Source: a candidate division WWE3 bacterium
GTDB lineage: Bacteria; Patescibacteriota; 4484-211; GCA-002791395
Assembly (NCBI GenBank): GCA_013335095.1
Contig: JAAXWF010000001.1
Span: 150,797 to 214,796 of the forward strand
Length of the DNA: 64,000 nt
Direction: 5' to 3'
Part shown: piece after piece, positions 1-9,742 of the stretch
How positions within the stretch are numbered: position 1 is the first letter of the stretch
Layout: each line of letters opens with the position of its first letter
The notes under the pieces: model-generated
Databases searched by the model: none
What the model was told of the DNA's origin: nothing
The model's input: only the letters and a program-made list of their open reading frames with translations
Position numbers and translations under genes: made by a program

Positions 1-701
1 CGACGAGCAAAGAACGAAAGACAACAGGAGAGAACTCATCGACAGATAGACCGAAAATCCAGAAAGTAGGCCCGCTTCTAGCCATATTCGAGCTGAAAAA
101 GCTCAGGGAATTTGGGCTTGGGTTTCTGGAGTTCTGGCTCGCCGTCGAGTATATCTTCGACGATAACCAAATCGGTTACCGGTACAATCGCTGGGCAAAC
201 TGGATCCCTGGAGGCAAAACCTCAGGTGATCGCAAAGTAGTCTGGCGTAATGTCATCGGTGCCAGAACCCGGACGATTGGCTTACCCATCTGGTTGATCA
301 CCAATTTCGACTGGCCGGATTATGGCTGGGTCGAACTGGAGATCGAAGGTAAAGAACAGTCCATATGGCTGTTGGTGTGGCACCCCAATGAGGCCACAGG
401 CCTCATCGCCGACTTTAGAGAAAGGCGCAATGGTCACGGCGGAAATGCGCCAGAAGCGCCAATAACAAGACCTCGTACCAGCACTTCTCGTGTACGAGCA
501 GATCAAGCGGAGCCGCCAGTTCAGCCGGCAACATTGGCAGAGACAGCAACGCCGTCCCCACAGTCGCGAGCGGTTGATCTTGGTGATTTCTGGGGAGCTG
601 GAGAAGAGGAGGCGGAATCCGAGCCAACTCGCCCACCCGAGGGAGTTGGTAACCAGCCCTCACGGACCCCGAGACGTCGGCCGCAGCCGAGGCGACGTTA
701 G
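1..701 (+). CDS. Partial (5'-truncated by the window edge) hypothetical protein, GC-rich, with a C-terminal Pro/Arg/Glu-rich disordered tail
   Basis: The frame is open from nt 3 to the TAG stop at 699-701, giving at least 233 aa (the ORF track only shows the part from the internal Met at 294). About 55% GC against about 38% for the rest of the window. I recognise no family. Confidence 0.4.
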   Translation, partial: TSKERKTTGENSSTDRPKIQKVGPLLAIFELKKLREFGLGFLEFWLAVEYIFDDNQIGYRYNRWANWIPGGKTSGDRKVVWRNVIGARTRTIGLPIWLITNFDWPDYGWVELEIEGKEQSIWLLVWHPNEATGLIADFRERRNGHGGNAPEAPITRPRTSTSRVRADQAEPPVQPATLAETATPSPQSRAVDLGDFWGAGEEEAESEPTRPPEGVGNQPSRTPRRRPQPRRR

Positions 702-721
702 TTCTACGAATAGATTACAAA

Positions 722-760
722 AAAAGCCCGGGTGCATTAGCATTCGGGCTTTTCTTTTAA
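722..760. terminator. Bidirectional rho-independent terminator
   Basis: Perfect inverted repeat AAGCCCG-N13-CGGGCTT flanked by an A-run on one side and TTTCTTTT on the other. It lies between the convergent genes ending at 701 (+) and 794 (-). Confidence 0.6.
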
Positions 761-793
761 GCAGTGGGTTTTCCGTCAGCAAACGTTGAATAA

Positions 794-1189
794 CTAATAT
801 TGAATCTTATTCTTAATTTCTGAGATCTCACGATCATGGCTTTCAACCATTTGTTGAATACTGAGTAGCTCGTCTCTGAGTTGAGCAAGCTTATCTTCAT
901 CATTAAGACCGCTTTGTTTTCGCAAAAACTCAAATACAGTTTGCTCCTCAACTTTTGCAAAATCTTCTTGCGTATAAAGAGGAGCTCCCTCTTGTGCCAT
1001 TTCTTCGATCATATTCTGAGCTTTTTCAACAAACTGTAGGTGCATCTTGTCAGATAAGAGTTGCCATAATTGAACCGCAAACGTAATTTTTTGCTCTTCA
1101 TTCATTACAGTTAATGCATCAATATAGCGTGACTTTCTTTCATCATCAATAACGGCTAAATCGATTAATTGCTTTAATTTTTGATCCAT
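794..1189 (-). CDS. Hypothetical acidic protein (131 aa)
   Basis: ORF with an ATGA-type junction to the upstream gene. No recognisable motif. Confidence 0.5.
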   Translation of the reverse strand: MDQKLKQLIDLAVIDDERKSRYIDALTVMNEEQKITFAVQLWQLLSDKMHLQFVEKAQNMIEEMAQEGAPLYTQEDFAKVEEQTVFEFLRKQSGLNDEDKLAQLRDELLSIQQMVESHDREISEIKNKIQY

Positions 1190-1191
1190 AA

Positions 1192-2622
1192 TTATGGTCT
1201 CCTCCTTCCTGCGGTAGATGCGCCGACATTTCGAGGTCGAGAAGGTTTACGACTCCGTTTCTTTGCACCTTTATTTAGCATTGAAGCCACCGATGAAAGT
1301 AAGCTCGACTTGCTTCGTCGAGATAAGCGGCGATCAAGTGCCTTTATGCGGTCGTCTAGAGTAGTTCCTGCTGGAACTTCTATATCAAGTTCTTCTTCTA
1401 ACCCAGCTACGACATCGGCTTCATCTAACGATCCCATTAAGTTAGTGATGTTTTCGACATTTCGAGTCTCTAGTTGTAATACCTTTGAAGCGACATCTCC
1501 TTCGACAAGTGAATACGCATCCTTTGCAAATGCACGTTGACGTTCTAAATCTCTGCGACGGTCATCATTACCTTCATTTGCGATCTCACGGTCAAGTTCG
1601 GCAATGGTTTGCATAATCTGTTCTGGGTTTTGAGATACCTCTCCCGCTTTAGCACGTGCAACCATTCGATCAAGGTCTTCAGCAAGTAAATCTTCTAAAA
1701 TAACTTGTTCTGGATTTTTAACATACTCTGCGGTATTAACAACCTCAGTTAATTCGGGTGTATTTGCCTTACGGATAATTTCAGCCAGCTCCCGCTCAGT
1801 TTGAGCCATTGCGATATCCATCTCAAGAACATCAAGCACCCTCCGAACCCGTTCAGTACTGCGGCCTGTCGGATAACGCCCAATTATTTCGGTCATTTTT
1901 TCAAGTGCTGAAGTTTTTTGTGATTCTAAATTTTGTGCACTAATCGTATCAATCCGAGCTTGTACAGTGAGCCGGCCTCGTTCATCCTGAAAGCCCTTCA
2001 TTCGTGCGGCATTGAACTCATCCTCATTCATTTCTTCAACGGATTTACCTCCGCGGCCACGACCGGTCAATGCTATACTAACAGCCTCAAACCGGGAACC
2101 AGCCTCTTTCGCTCGAGCAAATCGATCTTTCTCTTTAAAGTTTCCTGCTGCAACAGGATCAATACCAGTTAGATTCTCAAATATCTGAATACGTTGACGA
2201 TTAACACCTGCCACCATTTGTTCACCATCAGCGGAGAGTTTCCAACGCCCACGTTCGTCGCGTTCATAAATCTTCTTTTGCTTTGAAAAATCAGATTCAG
2301 GATCACTCATCTGTTTATACATAACCTCCATAGTTGAATAGATTTCAGCCTGCTGTCGGGGAGAATAATTACCCTCATATTGAGCAACTCGAGCGGCTGC
2401 GAGCTCTGCATCTGTTAACGATTCTGGATCTGTTGAATATTTTTCGCGTAAATGAGTGTAATAAAAATCTAAAACTTGATGGATTTCGACTTCTTGCTCA
2501 GCACTAACATCTTGTACCTGTTTACCAACTTCGCCACCCCAGTGAGTTGCTTGCCTTTCTACTTGTTGATTGTATTCAGAATTACTAAATAACGCTTGGG
2601 CTGCTTCGGAGCGATTCGCCAT
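1192..2622 (-). CDS. Hypothetical charged / coiled-coil protein (476 aa) with a basic C-terminal tail
   Basis: Long ORF rich in Glu/Arg/Lys/Gln. C-terminus is KKRSRKPSRPRNVGASTAGRRRP. It sits at the end of the secD-secF-recJ gene string. Confidence 0.5.
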   Translation of the reverse strand: MANRSEAAQALFSNSEYNQQVERQATHWGGEVGKQVQDVSAEQEVEIHQVLDFYYTHLREKYSTDPESLTDAELAAARVAQYEGNYSPRQQAEIYSTMEVMYKQMSDPESDFSKQKKIYERDERGRWKLSADGEQMVAGVNRQRIQIFENLTGIDPVAAGNFKEKDRFARAKEAGSRFEAVSIALTGRGRGGKSVEEMNEDEFNAARMKGFQDERGRLTVQARIDTISAQNLESQKTSALEKMTEIIGRYPTGRSTERVRRVLDVLEMDIAMAQTERELAEIIRKANTPELTEVVNTAEYVKNPEQVILEDLLAEDLDRMVARAKAGEVSQNPEQIMQTIAELDREIANEGNDDRRRDLERQRAFAKDAYSLVEGDVASKVLQLETRNVENITNLMGSLDEADVVAGLEEELDIEVPAGTTLDDRIKALDRRLSRRSKSSLLSSVASMLNKGAKKRSRKPSRPRNVGASTAGRRRP

Positions 2623-2656
2623 ATTGTAATAAATATAGCATTCTTCCTAAGTACAA

Positions 2657-4345
2657 TCAACACTCGGAAGATTGAATATCTTTTAATTTTAATTGGATTG
2701 ATTTACCACCCCGAAAGTCGTCTTTATCAATTGAAAATAGAATATCTACTTGAGGTGTGCTTTTCAAAGAACTGGCCAAACTACCAAGTCCAAAACCGAT
2801 ACCATTAAGGTTATTTTTTAAGATCACTTTTAAGTGATCGTTGTTTTTGCCAACAGTACGGACATCTGTTAATTCTAAACCCACACTTACAAACTGTGGC
2901 TGAGGGTTTGATACACCATGTGGGTTTAATTGTTCTAAACATTGAAACAAGTCCCACGATATTAATTCAGGATTTAATATCATTTCAGCCGAATCAGAAT
3001 ACTCGAGCACATCAAACATCTCATTTAAATTTATACTGTCGATGAATTGTAGCAAGCTACCGAGGTTATCCTTACTTAAACTAAACCCAGCAGCCATCTC
3101 GTGTCCTCCCACAGTGGTCATAAGTTCGGATGCACTTCGCAATATTTCAACAACATTAATTCCAGGAATAGAACGGGCACTACCTTTAACGCCTTCATCA
3201 CCATTTGGGGCCATTACAATTGCCGGTTTTTTAAATTTCCCAACTAATCGTGATGCGATTAATCCGATAACACCCTCGTGCCAATCTGGATGAAAAACTA
3301 TTATTGGAGAATTGCCATTCCATCGAGATTCGACCATCTCATAAGCTTGCTGTGTTGCTACCTCAGTTAACTCTTGCCTTTTCAGATTCAAATCTTGGAG
3401 TTTTTGTGCTAAAGTATCGGCTTGATCTAAGTTCTTTACCACAAGCAGACGCAGGGCATCGAGAGCATGGTCTAAACGACCCGTTGCATTGAGCCGAGGA
3501 CCAATTACCCACCCCACTTCATACGTACCAATTTGCTTACCGGGTATACCTGAAAGCTGGCATAAAGCACGTAACCCCATTCTCTTATGAGTGCTTAAAT
3601 CAGTAAGTCCGCTTTTAACTAAATTACGATTATATCCAGTTAATGGCTGGACATCTGACAGTGTAGCTAACGCCACAAGATCTACTCCTTGTAACGGAAT
3701 ATCTCGCTTCATCCTAAGGTTACTCGAAATAACCCATGAAATACCGGCTCCACATAAATCATAGGTATGTACGACAGCCGATGCTTTCGGTACATCATTT
3801 AAATCGTCGGGTAAGGTATGATGGTCAGTTACGATAACGGTAAATCCTTTTTCTTGAGCATACGTAACCGAGTCCTTTGCCGTGATGCCACAATCAACGG
3901 TAATTAACAAACCCGGTTGTAAGCCTTTAACAGCTAAATCAGACACCATAGTATCTACAGAAGATCGACTTAAGCCATACCCGTGATTAACTCGATGCGG
4001 AATAAATGGAAAAACCAATTTATAATTCAAGTCGTAATACAAAGCCTCCCACAAAATTGCGGTAGCAGAGACACCGTCGACATCATAATCGCCATGAATA
4101 ATTATCGACTTATTGGAATTAATGGAACTCTCAATAAGTTCGACTGCCTGATCGATACTTTGACCAATATGTCCTGATACATTTTTAACAAATACATAAT
4201 CAATCTGAACACCATTAATAAAATCGTCGTAGTTATCAATACCTCGATTCTGTAGGAGGGCTTGCAAGATATTTCGATAAACTTGATCGACAGGTAACGA
4301 CAGGTCCAGTTGTTCAGTAGATTCAATTTTCCAAGGTAAATTCAT
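2657..4345 (-). CDS. recJ: Single-stranded-DNA-specific exonuclease RecJ
   Basis: DHH family motifs: IIIHGDYDVDGVSATAIL, VIVTDHHTLPDD and a DHHA1-like C-terminal part. 562 aa. Confidence 0.9.
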   Translation of the reverse strand: MNLPWKIESTEQLDLSLPVDQVYRNILQALLQNRGIDNYDDFINGVQIDYVFVKNVSGHIGQSIDQAVELIESSINSNKSIIIHGDYDVDGVSATAILWEALYYDLNYKLVFPFIPHRVNHGYGLSRSSVDTMVSDLAVKGLQPGLLITVDCGITAKDSVTYAQEKGFTVIVTDHHTLPDDLNDVPKASAVVHTYDLCGAGISWVISSNLRMKRDIPLQGVDLVALATLSDVQPLTGYNRNLVKSGLTDLSTHKRMGLRALCQLSGIPGKQIGTYEVGWVIGPRLNATGRLDHALDALRLLVVKNLDQADTLAQKLQDLNLKRQELTEVATQQAYEMVESRWNGNSPIIVFHPDWHEGVIGLIASRLVGKFKKPAIVMAPNGDEGVKGSARSIPGINVVEILRSASELMTTVGGHEMAAGFSLSKDNLGSLLQFIDSINLNEMFDVLEYSDSAEMILNPELISWDLFQCLEQLNPHGVSNPQPQFVSVGLELTDVRTVGKNNDHLKVILKNNLNGIGFGLGSLASSLKSTPQVDILFSIDKDDFRGGKSIQLKLKDIQSSEC

Positions 4346-5217
4346 TTAGACTTTATATCATGCCACACAGTCAATAGAGGGGCGGCGGTAAACGGCGATG
4401 AGTACGATCCCGAAATTGTCCCAACTAATAGGGCTACAACAAACCATCGAATCGTTTCTCCACCAAGAAGTACTAAAGCAGTTAGAACAAAAACCACCGA
4501 CAAACTCGTACTTAATGAACGAACTAAGGTACTATTAATCGCCAGATTAACAACATCATTAAAGTTTTCTTTCGGATTACGTCGTAATGTTTCACGAACA
4601 CGATCATACAATACGATGGTGTCATGTACAGAAAATGCCAGTGCAGTTAGTGTTGCAGTAACAAACATCAGATCAATTTCAACACCCCAAACTCTGCCTA
4701 ACACAGCAAATACACCCAAGATAACCAAAATATCATGAATCATTGCGACTATTGCGGTAACGCCAAATCGTCGATTTTTAAACCGCCATCCAATATAGAA
4801 GAGTAATCCGATTCCGGTTATAATCACTGCTGTAATTGTTTTTTGGACTAATTCTTTTCCTAATAATGGGCCGATTGTTTCAAAGCTTAATTCTTCAAAA
4901 TCACCAAACTTTTCTTTAATCGATCCCTTAATTTCTTCCCATTTGTTTTGATCGATTGCAAGAGTCTTAATAACTAGGGAACCGTCATTTGTTTTTTGAA
5001 TTGAGGAAGGCTCAACTTGCTTATCCATAAATACCTGTCGTAAATCCGATACCTTATCTGATTGGATTACCGAGTCTCCTCGAACTTCAATGACAGTACC
5101 ACCGGTAAAATCGATACCTGCCTTTAAACCAAAGAATAGTACAGCAGCAAGAGATGACAACATGGTAATCGTAGATATTACTAGAAATACTTTTCGATAT
5201 TTAACTAAATTGATCAT
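4342..5217 (-). CDS. secF: Protein translocase subunit SecF
   Basis: N-terminus KAGIDFTGGTVIEVR. Multi-TM C-terminal domain. Overlaps recJ by 4 nt. Confidence 0.9.
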   Translation of the reverse strand: MINLVKYRKVFLVISTITMLSSLAAVLFFGLKAGIDFTGGTVIEVRGDSVIQSDKVSDLRQVFMDKQVEPSSIQKTNDGSLVIKTLAIDQNKWEEIKGSIKEKFGDFEELSFETIGPLLGKELVQKTITAVIITGIGLLFYIGWRFKNRRFGVTAIVAMIHDILVILGVFAVLGRVWGVEIDLMFVTATLTALAFSVHDTIVLYDRVRETLRRNPKENFNDVVNLAINSTLVRSLSTSLSVVFVLTALVLLGGETIRWFVVALLVGTISGSYSSPFTAAPLLTVWHDIKSK

Positions 5218-6593
5218 GACTTTTTTCCTCCTTCAGTAGGCATCGGATAGAATGAATATATCAGAGATTTTAACACTAACACGCCGGTAAATAGTCCTAA
5301 CGCAATACCGATACCCAAAGTTAAGGCGAATCCACGGACCGTACCACTAGTGACTAAAAAGTTCCAATCAAACGGATTGAATAAAACGAAAACGGTTATG
5401 ACACTCGCCAAATTAGCATCCCTAATACTGTCCCAAGCTCTTGTAAAACCAAGATTAATAGCCGCCCGTTTACTTTTACCCATTCGAAGCTCTTCACGAA
5501 TACGTTCAAAAATCAAAATACTCGCATCTACGGCTAACCCTATTGAAAGGATGAATCCAGCAATTCCAGAAAGTGTTAACGTAACTGGTACGAACTTATA
5601 AATTGCTAACGTCATTAATCCATAAATTACCAAAGCGACTATCGCAAAAATACCAAATAGCCCGTAGTTAATAATCATGAAGAGGGCAACCAAAAACAAC
5701 CCGACACAACCAGCGAGAACACTTTTCTGAATAGCTTCCTGGCCTAAGGTCGGACCGATATTCTTTTGCTGAACAATTGAAACAGGTACTGGTAATGCGC
5801 CTGCATTAAGTTGAACGACGAGATTGTTTGCCTCTTCAACAGAAAATTGTCCTTGTATGGTTGCCTGCCCTCCCGAGATTGCAGATTGAACACGTGGTGC
5901 TGTTAGAAGTCTTTGGTCTAAAAATATCGCGAGAGGTTTATCAATATTTCTACCTGTAATCTCTTCAAATAACTTTGCACCATCACCGTTAAATGAGAGT
6001 TGTACTAAAGGCGATCCAGTAGTCGGATCAAAAACGACATCCGCTCGTTCTAAAAATTTACCGTTTAAATCTGTCTGATTCCAATCCTCAGGTTTTGCTG
6101 AAAGGGTAGTTACATCCTTGTCTGCTGGAGCCTCGCGGAATTCGAGCTGTGCTGTCTGTCCAATTATGTCAACGACTTGTTTTGTATCAGTAACTCCAGG
6201 TAATTCAACAACTACACGATACTGATCTCCAATTTTACTGGTATAAATATTTGGCTCAGTGACGCCCAAGAAATTTACTCGTCTCTCAATAACCTGTTTT
6301 ACAGAATTTAGCGCGATATCGTGTCGGTCTTGTGGAATATCCTTTAAGTTAGCCTCCATCACAACCCGAACCCCACCCTGCAGATCTAATCCTGGTTGAA
6401 ATTTCAAATCTCTTTTAAAACGAAATCCTAAAAAGCTCACGTTTATATCATAATCACCAATAACAGTATCTATTTTAATTGGTAATGAACCAATTGTTTT
6501 ATCGATTTTAATAGGGATACGTGGTAGAACCATCAATAAACTGATAGTTGCAACAAAAAAAGTAATCCAAAGCCAAAATGATTGATGTTTCAT
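5214..6593 (-). CDS. secD: Protein translocase subunit SecD
   Basis: LDLQGGVRVVMEA motif, periplasmic domain plus six TM segments, adjacent to secF. Confidence 0.9.
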   Translation of the reverse strand: MKHQSFWLWITFFVATISLLMVLPRIPIKIDKTIGSLPIKIDTVIGDYDINVSFLGFRFKRDLKFQPGLDLQGGVRVVMEANLKDIPQDRHDIALNSVKQVIERRVNFLGVTEPNIYTSKIGDQYRVVVELPGVTDTKQVVDIIGQTAQLEFREAPADKDVTTLSAKPEDWNQTDLNGKFLERADVVFDPTTGSPLVQLSFNGDGAKLFEEITGRNIDKPLAIFLDQRLLTAPRVQSAISGGQATIQGQFSVEEANNLVVQLNAGALPVPVSIVQQKNIGPTLGQEAIQKSVLAGCVGLFLVALFMIINYGLFGIFAIVALVIYGLMTLAIYKFVPVTLTLSGIAGFILSIGLAVDASILIFERIREELRMGKSKRAAINLGFTRAWDSIRDANLASVITVFVLFNPFDWNFLVTSGTVRGFALTLGIGIALGLFTGVLVLKSLIYSFYPMPTEGGKKS

Positions 6594-6596
6594 AGT

Positions 6597-8828
6597 TTAC
6601 GATGTTGATACCGGGGAATACGGCTGAGCCATTTTTTTCTTCCGAAGATAAATAAAGATTCCTGCTACTAACAACGGAAGAACCGGTAGTCCAATTAAAT
6701 CGCTATACCGTATATACACCTTCTGTTGTGCATCTGCAAATACAAGGGGAGAAGCAAGACGGTTCTTTAATCGAATAGATGCTAGATCTCTGCTTTGGGC
6801 GGCTAGATCGACTAACTGACCTACAAATACACTATTATTTTGTCTGGTAAGGAAATTATCCTGTGGGAGAGTTTCGGATCCGATTACAATAATTGCTCCA
6901 TTCTTCTCTCCCCGACTACGCATAGCACCAACGATTCGACTTGATGGTTGATCACCAGATAGGTCAGCATCCGGAGTAAGCGAGATAGTTGATCCAGCGA
7001 CTAATTGAGCAGAAGTGCTGGTACTTAATATTTCATGTAATTCACTTCCATCTTCAAGGGTGAGGGCGGATGGCCAGGGTAAGGTTATTCTCTGCAAATC
7101 TTTCAACAAAGGCACATCCTGATTAATCGTCATAGTTGGCCAGAAAGCATATTGCACCAGAACCTGTCCTTGAGGCGTATTAAATCCTAGTAACTGGCCA
7201 TTTTGCTGATCATAGATAAGACCAGGCTGTATTTGTATCTTCCAATTCTTTAGAATGTCGTTAATCGCAACGGTATCCGAAGATGTTGCTGTCAGTGCTT
7301 GCGTTATAAGGCTCGCACCATTAGCCATAACAATAAGAGACATGCCATTGTTAACCTTATCAGTAATAAGTTTCTGATCATCTGTATGCATCGTCTGATT
7401 CACACCGACTAAAAATGCTATTTCGACGTCTAAATCTTCCGCTTTCAATCGATCTTTATCATCGCTCGAAGAAAGTTGTACATTTTTTACCAAATACACC
7501 GATGAAAGTAATTTACTTAGTTGAGAAGTTTCAACACCACCTTGATTTGAAATAATTGCAACTGTTGGTTTTTGATCTCGCGATAAGCTATATACAAGGC
7601 TCATAATTTGATATTCTAATTGCTCAGTTTGGCCCAAAAACGGAATTACTTCATTCTTTTCTTTATACTTAATATTCATTCCCAAATATCCTTCCTTTTG
7701 CTGATATTCAGTTTGAGATACTACAGTAAAGGGTTGCGACGTAATTCCCAACTGCGCGGCTTCTTGAGCAATATCACTACTCTCTTGTGGGTATTTACGT
7801 GCTACTTGTATGTTGCTGTTCGCCTTTGAGAGCTCATTTAACAATCGATTCAAATCTAATACGAGGGGTTGAAATGCTGGTGGTAAATCACGAGAAAGAT
7901 ACACATCAATGGCAACGGGCTCAGACAGCTGGCTAAGTATACTCTTGGTACCCTCGGCAATAGTAAAAATCTGTGCACGAGTTAAATCGATTTTTCCAGG
8001 AACATATGAAGTAAATACAGCTGCAACAAGGAGAATAATTGCGAATGTATTGAGTGGTACAGACTGAAAGGCAATAATTTGACGATTCTGTGGCAATCGC
8101 AATCTCATCACTTGCCAAACAGTTAATAGCAAGAATCCAATAATAGCCAAAATAAAATACAACACATCGGTAGAAGTAACGAGTCCGCGAGATAAATTCA
8201 TAAAATGATCCATTGGACTTACTTGAGAAACAAATCGAGTAAACGCAAGTGGAAAGATCGTGGTAACTAAATTAGTACCTACAATAATAATCATAAAGTT
8301 CGCTACAAATGACATAACAAAAGCAGCTAATTGATTCTTGAACAATGACGAAATCCACATATTGATAGCGAGAATAAGCCCAACTAACAACAAGCTTGAA
8401 ATATAACCAGTCGCAATAACACCCCAATCGAAATCAGCAATAGAGCTCAATGAGTATGGAATTATGAGTGTGATCAACGGAAATAATGCTAAAAATGCCC
8501 ACGCTCCCAAAAATTTGCCAAATACAATTTCGGTAACATTAATAGGGCTTGATAATAACCATGTGAGTGTTTTATCTTTCCGTTCTTGTGCAATGATACC
8601 CATCGAAACAGCTGGTATAAGCAGCGCGAATACCCAGGGGAATAGATTAAATAATTCATCTAATTGAGACACGCCAGTAGCGTAAAATGAATTAAAGAAC
8701 AGAAACGTTACTACGGCTAAAATTCCAGCAAATACTAAGAAATTTGAGAAGGATATAGCGTACATCCACAGCTCTTTACGAATAATGGTTTGAAGTTGTT
8801 TAAAGTTTATCAATTGCGCCATCTTCAT
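6597..8828 (-). CDS. ABC-2 type permease fused to a GldG-like auxiliary domain (743 aa)
   Basis: N-terminal polytopic ABC-2 permease region, large extracytoplasmic domain, and a C-terminal TM segment. It is immediately downstream of and overlapping the ABC ATPase gene. Confidence 0.6.
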   Translation of the reverse strand: MKMAQLINFKQLQTIIRKELWMYAISFSNFLVFAGILAVVTFLFFNSFYATGVSQLDELFNLFPWVFALLIPAVSMGIIAQERKDKTLTWLLSSPINVTEIVFGKFLGAWAFLALFPLITLIIPYSLSSIADFDWGVIATGYISSLLLVGLILAINMWISSLFKNQLAAFVMSFVANFMIIIVGTNLVTTIFPLAFTRFVSQVSPMDHFMNLSRGLVTSTDVLYFILAIIGFLLLTVWQVMRLRLPQNRQIIAFQSVPLNTFAIILLVAAVFTSYVPGKIDLTRAQIFTIAEGTKSILSQLSEPVAIDVYLSRDLPPAFQPLVLDLNRLLNELSKANSNIQVARKYPQESSDIAQEAAQLGITSQPFTVVSQTEYQQKEGYLGMNIKYKEKNEVIPFLGQTEQLEYQIMSLVYSLSRDQKPTVAIISNQGGVETSQLSKLLSSVYLVKNVQLSSSDDKDRLKAEDLDVEIAFLVGVNQTMHTDDQKLITDKVNNGMSLIVMANGASLITQALTATSSDTVAINDILKNWKIQIQPGLIYDQQNGQLLGFNTPQGQVLVQYAFWPTMTINQDVPLLKDLQRITLPWPSALTLEDGSELHEILSTSTSAQLVAGSTISLTPDADLSGDQPSSRIVGAMRSRGEKNGAIIVIGSETLPQDNFLTRQNNSVFVGQLVDLAAQSRDLASIRLKNRLASPLVFADAQQKVYIRYSDLIGLPVLPLLVAGIFIYLRKKKMAQPYSPVSTS

Positions 8829-9742
8829 GATTCTTTAGTTAACATTCTAAATGCTTCTTCCAAGTTTGTTGTCTGTTTATGCAATTCAGTTAAATATGCT
8901 TGTACAGAAGTTTTTTCCGCGAGCATTTTAAACAGATCGTTCTCCTTATCAGGTGTTGTACGAATTATCAATGAATCTTTACTAGTAACCTCAACACTGA
9001 ATCGGTTCTGGATCGTGCTGACAATTTCAGATTTATTGTCACCTTCAAGCTTGCATTCTATCGTAATCTGAGAAGTGGGTTGTTGTGCTATTTCATTCAA
9101 ATTACCCTGAGCTACGACCTGCCCGCGATTCATTATAACCACCTTCTGACAAATTGCTTCGACTTCTTGAAGAATATGGCTACTTAATAAAATAGTATGA
9201 TCTTTACTCAAGGTACCGATGAGGTTTCGGATTTCTTGCCGTTGGTTAGGATCGAGCCCATCGGTAGGTTCGTCAAGGATTAAGATCTTAGGGTCCCCTA
9301 GCAATGCCTGGGCTAATCCTACTCGCTGGCGAAAACCTTTTGATAGAGATTCGATTGGCTGATTATAAATTTCTTTGATGTTAGTCGCTTCAATAACTTT
9401 AGATTCTTGGGCAAAATACTGGGAAGTGGTCATCCCTTTTAAATCAGCAGCTAATCGTAAACTCTCACTGACGAGAAGATTTGAATAGAGTGGATTATCT
9501 TCGGCCAAATACCCGATGTTCTTTTTCATAGCCGAAGTTACCGATTTCATTGAGCGCCCGTCAATAATAATATCACCATTATCCGGAACAAGTACCCCCG
9601 TAATCATATTTAATGTAGTCGTCTTACCTGCTCCATTTGGGCCGAGCAAACCGACCACCTCTCCCTGATCGACAGTAAAAGAAGCACTATTTACCGCACG
9701 ATGCTTTCCATAAGTTTTTGAAATACTCTTTACTTCAATCAT
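8825..9742 (-). CDS. ABC transporter ATP-binding protein (GldA-like)
   Basis: Walker A GPNGAGKTT, signature LSKGFRQRVGLAQAL, Walker B ILILDEPTDGLD. Confidence 0.85.
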   Translation of the reverse strand: MIEVKSISKTYGKHRAVNSASFTVDQGEVVGLLGPNGAGKTTTLNMITGVLVPDNGDIIIDGRSMKSVTSAMKKNIGYLAEDNPLYSNLLVSESLRLAADLKGMTTSQYFAQESKVIEATNIKEIYNQPIESLSKGFRQRVGLAQALLGDPKILILDEPTDGLDPNQRQEIRNLIGTLSKDHTILLSSHILQEVEAICQKVVIMNRGQVVAQGNLNEIAQQPTSQITIECKLEGDNKSEIVSTIQNRFSVEVTSKDSLIIRTTPDKENDLFKMLAEKTSVQAYLTELHKQTTNLEEAFRMLTKES

